Positions 56,767-64,000 of a DNA stretch of 64,000 bases are shown in pieces (positions within the stretch are counted from its first letter, which is position 1; each line of letters begins with the position of its first letter). Both the position numbers and the translations under genes were made by a program. The notes below the pieces were generated by a model. It was not told the DNA's origin, searched no databases, and saw nothing but the letters and a program-made list of their open reading frames with translations. Source of the stretch: Phoronis australis (lineage: Eukaryota; Animalia; Phoronida); assembly GCA_002633005.1 (NCBI GenBank), contig NMRA01000284.1:156156-220155 (forward strand), given 5' to 3'.

Positions 56767-57419
56767 GGCAAAGACACAAAATTTTGTTCAACAGTCAAAC
56801 TAGGTTCATGTTTGCACAATTCCTATTTTTAACCAGTGATAAACAGTGCTGAAAACTTGCATACGATAATCTTGTTAACTTAACAGAGAAAGAAAAATAT
56901 AAATAAATCACCAGTAGAAGAATACAAGCCTATACATGATCAGGGCAGGCCTATTTACATCTTTATAGAGATGACCACCCATTTGTATTGTCTTATGGAT
57001 GGTGTGCTAAATGTCGGGTAAGGATGCTGCAGCTATAATTGTATGAATAAATTTATCAAAAGAAAAAAACAACTTGGCTCTTTTCCATCCGCAGGCAGTT
57101 GCATTGAAATAACAATCGCATTGGGGTCATTTTAAAGAGCCGGCGTACACACTCCATACGCTGCTGCATTGAGAAAGAGGTCGAACGAACGCTATCTCAC
57201 AATGTATATTTATTTAATTTTAACTGAAGTGGATACCGAGTCAGGTAAAACAACGACCACTCAAAGCAAATGTAGTCGGAGGCAATCTTTTGATATGGCC
57301 TACTTCAGAACATGACTCATAAAATGTAGACCAATTCTTTTGCAGTTTAGTTCTAATGCACACGTGTTACGCGGTTTTTGTACTTGGGTAGCACGTTTTC
57401 CGTTAGGCAAAACTTGTTA

Positions 57420-57573
57420 AAGACACGACACTTGTCATTGTTAACTATCTTATTCCATTCCGTTCGTATCCTCGGAACAAGGTTCTACGTACGTTCAACA
57501 GAACATTCAACAGAAGAGAGGATACCAACGGAACGGAATAAATGTAGCTAACATCGACAAGTGTCGTGTCTTT
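57420..57573. repeat. Palindromic (fold-back) element
   Basis: AAGACACGACACTTGTC...TTATTCCATTCCGTT..TATCCTC pairs with GAGGATA..AACGGAACGGAATAA...GACAAGTGTCGTGTCTT. It lies in an insertion missing from the paralogous block. Confidence 0.75.
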
Positions 57574-59039
57574 TACAAGTCTTACGCAGTATAAACATAT
57601 CATGGTGTAAATCGTTTATGTTGAACTATCTGTGGGCATTTTGCCATCGTGATGACAGCTTTTCAGCAAATTTGTGCAGAAAAAACAACTCGGTCAAGGT
57701 CCAAAGGTTTGCTCCGAATGATTCTGAGTAGCCTTCAGAATGTCCGTGCCATTTTCCAAGTTATCAGCAAAACTCATTAACTTAGTAAAAGTGCGCTTGT
57801 TATGAAAGTGCAGGACTTGCAGAATTTAGGTTTGGGTCAATCTGGGTGAGTCAAGTGACCATGAATTGTCACCATGAATTGTCACGTAAACCATCTTTAG
57901 ATCTCAAAATTAAAAAATAATGGTGCGTTCACAGCAAAACAACGGTAGCAACTACGTGAGCACGTTTCTTTTGATTCATAGATACGAAACTCAAAAGCCT
58001 TGTTACAGTTTGTTAAATTCGTTTCGTTTTTATTTGACGAAACTTTTTCATAAAAATCAAAGAAGACCCAATTTTTATAACACCTGTTGCAATCTAAGTG
58101 ACACACTACTAGTAGAGGATCCCAACATCCTCTAGGAAGATTCTCTTGCATCCATCCTCAATTAGAGTCTGATAAACATATCTCACACCTGGTTCTTGAT
58201 TGGTCAATCAAAGACGAGGTATTTAAATCTGGGTAGAGTTCAGTAACGCTAGGTCCTCGCTAAAAGCCAATTTAGTCCCGAGTTCTCATTTAAAATACAC
58301 GGCAACATCTCGCGAAGTGTTGCTGTTTAACGTGGATGTCCTAGCGTTTCTGAACTCTACCCAGGTAACCAAAAAGCGTGCTCTTACAATTAAGTTGAAC
58401 TGGTGTAACGTGGTTCATAACCCAGATGGTAAACACAGGTTGTGATCACCATACTCACTGGTGACAATGTCTGGACTCAGTTGAGTCTCCGCCAGGTCAA
58501 TCGGCTAATGCATCTCAATGACGACTTCCGGCTTACAGACCAATCAGATGTCTTATCCGTTTGACCTGGCAGCCAGTGTCACTCGAGCGGAACACTTTGT
58601 CTTGGTTCACCTTACACCTGTGCTTCTATTTTCTTATTAAGGTTATCCAAAAAGGAAAAGCATAATGAGTAGTAACTGTATCATATGGCTTTAAAAATAC
58701 AGAAAATGAGAAAAAGTTCAAATACCCGGCATACAAATCAAACTGTACTTTAGTATGGTAAAACACCTGACCACAATGTCTTGCCATTAAAATGAATGCT
58801 AACCGAGGCAAGATGTAAAAAATTGGAGAACAGTACATAAACTAACCTAAGTTTCGTTTGAATCCAATCCGCCTTTTCTGACACAAAAGGCATTATGGCG
58901 AAGAATGTCAAATTTTTACATTTTTCTAAGCACACTTATAACCTAAAAGTGATTGAAACCTGCTCTCTCCAGCACCTTCACGTTGAAGCTTTTTCAAAGC
59001 ATAAAGTCATAATTGTTAAGAAAATATCTCGTACTTATT

Positions 59040-61838
59040 TTAATTCAATCCATCCCTTTCTACGTTTAGGGCTTCCATTTCGGTCTCCAGTGTCTCACCT
59101 TTCACCTCAATCTCAAGTTTATGCTGTTTCGTGAGAACAATTTCACGAGCACCCTGTTGTCTAGCAACGATTTCCATGGGTACGAAAGACAGCCCCAAGC
59201 AGACGACATAGCCAACTAGAACAAAGAACATAGAACGCGGGCCGTAATATTCAAACAAGTAACCTGTCAGCCACTGATAGAAGAAGCCACCCGAATAGGC
59301 ACTCAACATCACTACACACAGTACGCTGGGATACATGATTATATAATCATTGGCCCACGCCACTCCTGCGGCGAAAACCTGTGACTCGAAATACCCGAAA
59401 GCAACTACACAGATAAAAAGAACAACTTCTTCTTTGTACCCAACGAAAGACAGTACCAAAGTTGCAATAAGGTTGCCGACAACACTTAAAAGAACAATGT
59501 ATCGAGGTCGGAGCTTCAAGGCTATAAGTATGCCAGAGGTACGCCCGGCGAAAAAACCGGCTGAGTTCGCGCTGTTCAAGTTTGCAGCCTGATCAGATGA
59601 CATCTTCAGATGTCCCGTGACACCGTATGAGTAAATAAACTGGCCCATGGCTCTCTCTCCTCCAATCACGTGGATGTAAAACAAGAACAGTAGAAAAAGC
59701 ATCTTGACACCAAACGCTGTACTGCCCTGGCCGCACGAAGCCGGATGAAGAACTTTCAACATGCTCGTTTCATACTTGTACGAGACCATTTCTTTTGGAG
59801 GACCACTTATATACATACCAAGCATCACTAATGCAGTCGCAAATGTTATAATTGCAACTATCAGATATCCATATTCTATACGTGAATTGATCAACTCAGA
59901 CGGTACACTACAATTGAAGGCATCATTCGTGGTGTTCGAAGCAGCCGTTGGTGATATTCGTGCAGACTCGTCATCGGCAATGGCATACTCATCTGTAGAT
60001 GTCGCATAGCTCAAGTTGGTCCAAGTATAGTTACTAACTTCACAAGCTCCTTTGTAAGTAGGAATCAGAGTTCCTAGGAATGGTTTCATAATCTGCGGCA
60101 CCAACAGAGCTCCAAGACCAACGCCACTATGAAGCGCCTGAACCGGTGCCGACGAGCGCTTGCCCCACAGGGCGCATACCAGGCTGTTAGCTCCTGTCAA
60201 CAGAAAGGTTACTATTAGTAATGTAACAATCATGCGCGCACTCAGTGGGGACTCGGGGGGGGGGGGTCGCGAACGAAGTGGGCAAAAAGGTCTGCCTCAG
60301 AGAAACCAAATGTCCGAGAAAACGAGACAAAAGTCCACTAAAGAGATAGGAACTACCAAGTTCGGCGAACGCACAATTCACAGCTCTAAACTTACCTCGT
60401 TTTTTAGTAAAAGGTCCACATTCCAAAAAATTCGAGCCCCCATTTTTAGGCTGGGTGCGGGCATGACAATGCATGACGACAGTTTCCAATTTACTTCTGT
60501 ATGTTAAAGGAGCATTATCGTTTACGCGGCCGAAAATCAAAATGTCGGTTCTTGGGCAGAAAGCGGGTCGTTTAGAGCCATTGCGTCAACTGGTATCTCC
60601 TTAATTCTAGTGCGGAGTCACGTAACCACCAGCCGTATTGCTTTCGGCAGGGTGCATAAAATGACAAGACCGCCGAGCCAAGTTATCTACCCTGTTCTCA
60701 AACAATGACAAGATGTCAGCTATCAGAAACCCATTAAAACACTCTAAACAGAGTAAAAAGTGGTTTAAATGTAATGACTAGGATCTAGATACAAAGTCTC
60801 TTTAAATGTCACAGTACTTATGCCATTGCACTCAGTAGGAATTAAATGGATTATCTATTTGATGTGGTATAAGGACCCATGATTATAAAAAAATGAAAAA
60901 TAAAATAACCCGTTAAAAGTTTATTTCAGCATCTTAAAAATTTCTCAGTATCCGTATTTCAGCTCATTGTGTGAGTGTAAATTAGAGAGTAATAGGCAGT
61001 TTACCAGCATTTAGAAACGGTTCTACGACACCGCCTAGAAAAAACATGGCTGACAATCCAAACGGGTCTACCAGCCAGGGAATGCCTAACGTGGATGCAG
61101 AGACGACGGCCAATGAGATTGCAAGAATGAGGTCCACGTGATGGAAGCACTTGGAGATGATAATTCCTGCCAGAGGCGAGCCGACCATTCCACCCACGCT
61201 CCGCATGGCCATGCTCCGTGAGATCTCTTCAAAGTTCTGACCAGCACGATCTTTCAGGTCAATTAGCGTCGGACCAACAGCTAAAATACAAAATCCCTGA
61301 AACAGAAATATGATGACTGTGAATTCCCGTATTAACGAATAAAGTTGTTTATCATGACACCCATCCTTCACCGCCACATGACCATCACGGCGACTCTCGT
61401 AGCCACCGCCACCACCACCTCCGCCACAACCATCACCATCACCACCACTTAACAAAAACGTTCAGTTTTCTGTATGGACACTTTTGAATATGGAATTCCA
61501 AGAAGCTACTCCACTTCCGGTTGGGATCGACTTACTAGCCGTTACTGAATCGGGACTTACGCTGTAAGTGTAAGTTGATAGCGCGTACGTCTATTGGCGG
61601 TTCATGTACTTTAGTCTATGCAGCCATCTGTGTGCAAGACTAACGTCAAGTTGCACATTATAGAAGCAGTTGAATTACTCACCAGGCAGACCCAGAATAA
61701 AACTAGCACACCAGTCTTGCATATCTTGTAGATGACGCAGTGGCGAGGTTCCTGCTCGCTCCGTTCTTCACTGCTAACAGCGACTTCCATCTGTTTATCA
61801 ATAACCCCGACATCATCATGGCCACTTTCCAGAGACAT
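59040..61838 (-). CDS. MFS transporter, MFSD4 / sodium-dependent glucose transporter 1 (NaGLT1)-like, 3 coding exons, 533 aa
   Basis: Exons 61683-61838 (MSLESG...TGVLVLFWVCL), 61005-61296 (GFCILAVGPTLIDL...RSVGGMVGSPLAG...FLNA) and 59040-60193 (GANSLVCALWG...QALHSGVGLGALLVPQIMKPFL...GGERAMGQFIYSY...FFAGR). GT-AG introns with compatible phases. GPTLIDL, LWG and QALH..G.G...P match the MFSD4 family, and there are many hydrophobic segments. Confidence 0.88.
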
Positions 61839-61890
61839 TTCTGAAAGACGGCATCGTATATTCTCATAATTGTAACAGCTCACGAAGTAT

Positions 61891-62764
61891 ACATATAGAT
61901 TATTACATGGCGAAGTCGTTATCCCCCGTTATCTAGAGCCCGAGTGGATTTTGGAGAATTATCGCCCGAGGGGCGTCAGCCCCGAGGGTGATAATTCTCC
62001 AAAATCCACGAGGGCTCTAGATAAGGGGGATAACGGCTGAGAACATGTAATAATCTAATTATACCACATACTAAACGGGAAACATTGCAATGAATCGATC
62101 TACCTTTCTCGACTCGCCTCGGCTTTGTAACTACTTTCTATGTCAGAGGCCCGGGGTCGGAGGTCGTGACCTTTTAAGAAAAGCCGAGCTATTTTTGTCA
62201 AATAATACTTATACTCAAAACCAATTGGAAATTTAAACAAAATAGAAATGAAGTGAATCTCTAAATTAAGGTTAAGCAACTATTATAGCTTAAAACACGT
62301 TTTTTACACGCTAAGCTTCGACCGGGAAATTATCGTCTGCTAAAGTAGGTTACCACTGGTAACTGAATATAATTCTCAAGTCAAAGATCCTGACGACACG
62401 ATACCTGCATTCAAACTGGAGATCAGTGATTTACAAGTAAGAGGACATGAGAGAAAAATTTCACTGGATTAAGATATCATTTTTATGGAAATTGTGTGTC
62501 TTATTTTTCGGAGCGTATAAGTACAGTACAATGCGGTTTGTTGAACGTGCGATTATTGCGCGTGCTCATTTAAGTATTCTATTTTCACACTTGATGACGT
62601 CAGTCGCTTCGTGGTGTAGTGGTTAAGGTCGGCGACCAGCAAACTCAAGGTCCCGGGTTCGACTCCGTCCTCGGTTTCCCGCCAAATCGTTATCTCACTA
62701 CTGAGATAACTATATGGGTTATTACACGGTTGTATCTCCATTTGGCGCTAACATTGTGGTATAA
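61891..62764. mobile_element. Hairpin-ended non-autonomous insertion (Crypton-like architecture) with an internal tRNA-like cassette
   Basis: Absent from the paralogue (about 43705). Long palindrome at 61896-62057, then TTATACCACA (62059-62068) inverted against TGTGGTATAA (62755-62764). A and B boxes at 62612-62666. The family assignment is an inference. Confidence 0.7.
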
Positions 62765-63609
62765 AAAAGGCTAACAAATGAAAACCTTGTACAGAGACGG
62801 ATTTAGGGGAGAAGGATGCCGCCCTCTTCATTCAGTCACAGCCCCTCCAGCTCCAGAAGTTCTATAGTACTTAGGTGAGAGATGGTGTCGACACCTAGTT
62901 ACTAAAATTTGATCACTAATAACCTCACGAGACCGTCCCTTTATAATTTAGTGCCCTACCTGAACCCAGCTCCAGTTCAAGACTGAAAAACAGAAAAGAA
63001 TTGTATTTATAACCTACATCAAAAAACAGCCGGACCGGGTGCAGGTGGAGAATTTTCCACCCTATACAATTTGAACTAAGCCCAACGACCACAGTGGTGG
63101 TGTGGATAGTTCTTTGTAGGTGACTCAATTTAATGGCACTTGACTGAACAAAATTCACTACCTTTTAACACAACTCTACTACGTATCCAATGTTTTTCTT
63201 CGTCGTGGTTTTACAACCGGTGCAACTTGTACCAGAACAGAATTCCTCTCCGATTATGTACGTGCCGCGTACACGCATGGCCTGGGGGTCCAGTTCGGAT
63301 TCAATCTCTAATATCGGGCTAGAAATTTCCGTCTTCGCAAAATCCTTTTCGTTGTAGTCTAGCACAGTTGAACTCTACACCAAAAAGAAAAATGGAAAGC
63401 GAAAATTCTTCTACAACACGGTGCGTTAAGGAGTGCAGGGTAGAACACTTGTCGTTGTTAGTACTTATCATGAACTGAGTAAAACAAAAAACACAGTATA
63501 GACCGGCAGCCCAGAGCACTTAGCATAGATGAACGAGGTACCAACATCTGACCACGGGAGCATTTAAAGCCCACCTCAGTATGTACAGAAATGGGCGTCT
63601 GCCGTTGTC

Positions 63610-64000
63610 TGCACTCTGGGTGTGACCCCTGGGGGCCTTACAAAGACCCCAAAAAATGAGCTAGCCTAGATATTCGAGGTACCAACCAAAACTGATTTAA
63701 AACGAACAATAGTACCGCACTGAACACCGAATGACCCATGACAGACAAATTGCACTCTGGAATGGGTCCGGCAGAAACCAAAAAAGGACCCCCCAAAAAT
63801 GAGCTAGCACATACATTCGAGGTACCACACAAAACCAATTCCATGTGATTCAATACATGTCACAGATCACTAAAACCCCTATGACAGACAAAATACACTC
63901 TGGGTTGTGCCCGGCAGAAACCCCCAAAAATCTCAACCATGGTATGCCATCAAAAATTTGAGCTAGACTAGATTTTCGAGGTACCGGCCAAAACTGATTT
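63610..64000. repeat. Degenerate tandem repeat (units of about 140-160 bp), running off the window
   Basis: GAGCTAG...TTCGAGGTACC...AAAAC, ATGACAGACAAA and CACTCTGG each recur two or three times. Confidence 0.75.

Noticed and set aside
60194-60233. N-terminal extensions of track ORFs 59040..60233, 60982..61455 and 61611..61883
   Set aside because: These extensions are intronic read-through. Splice sites at 60193, 61005/61296 and 61683 define the real exons.
62603-62680. tRNA gene calls at 62603-62680 and 30014-30086
   Set aside because: A and B boxes are present but the acceptor and anticodon stems do not pair. Both lie inside mobile elements, so they are reported as tRNA-like cassettes.

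Overview
Eukaryotic (animal, probably invertebrate) genomic DNA from a gapped scaffold (N-run 124-1082; single Ns at 13485 and 39058). Almost all short ORFs in the supplied track are spurious because the real genes are spliced. By hand I reconstructed: (1) a complete 6-exon RPS18 on the minus strand (152 aa); (2) a complete 19-exon VPS52 on the plus strand (702 aa), head-to-head with RPS18 with only about 64 bp between the two start codons; (3) a CCDC190-like gene whose 348-aa CDS is a single exon (minus); (4) an intact 3-coding-exon MFSD4/NaGLT1-like MFS transporter (533 aa, minus) and a tandem pseudogene copy with a nonsense codon and a deleted last exon. VPS52 has two minor-spliceosome (U12) introns, one of which keeps the reading frame best with AT-AA ends. 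It also has an 11 x 33-bp minisatellite built from the exon-8 splice acceptor, and a duplicated exon-4/5 block that is probably an allelic assembly artefact. The intergenic DNA is rich in transposons: tRNA-derived SINEs, several MITE families, a solo LTR, an 84-bp-TIR element, a hairpin-ended element carrying a Pol III cassette, and a decayed ISL2EU-like element (THAP + YqaJ) nested inside a Kolobok-like element. Family assignments come from motif recognition and recalled homologues; no database search was run.
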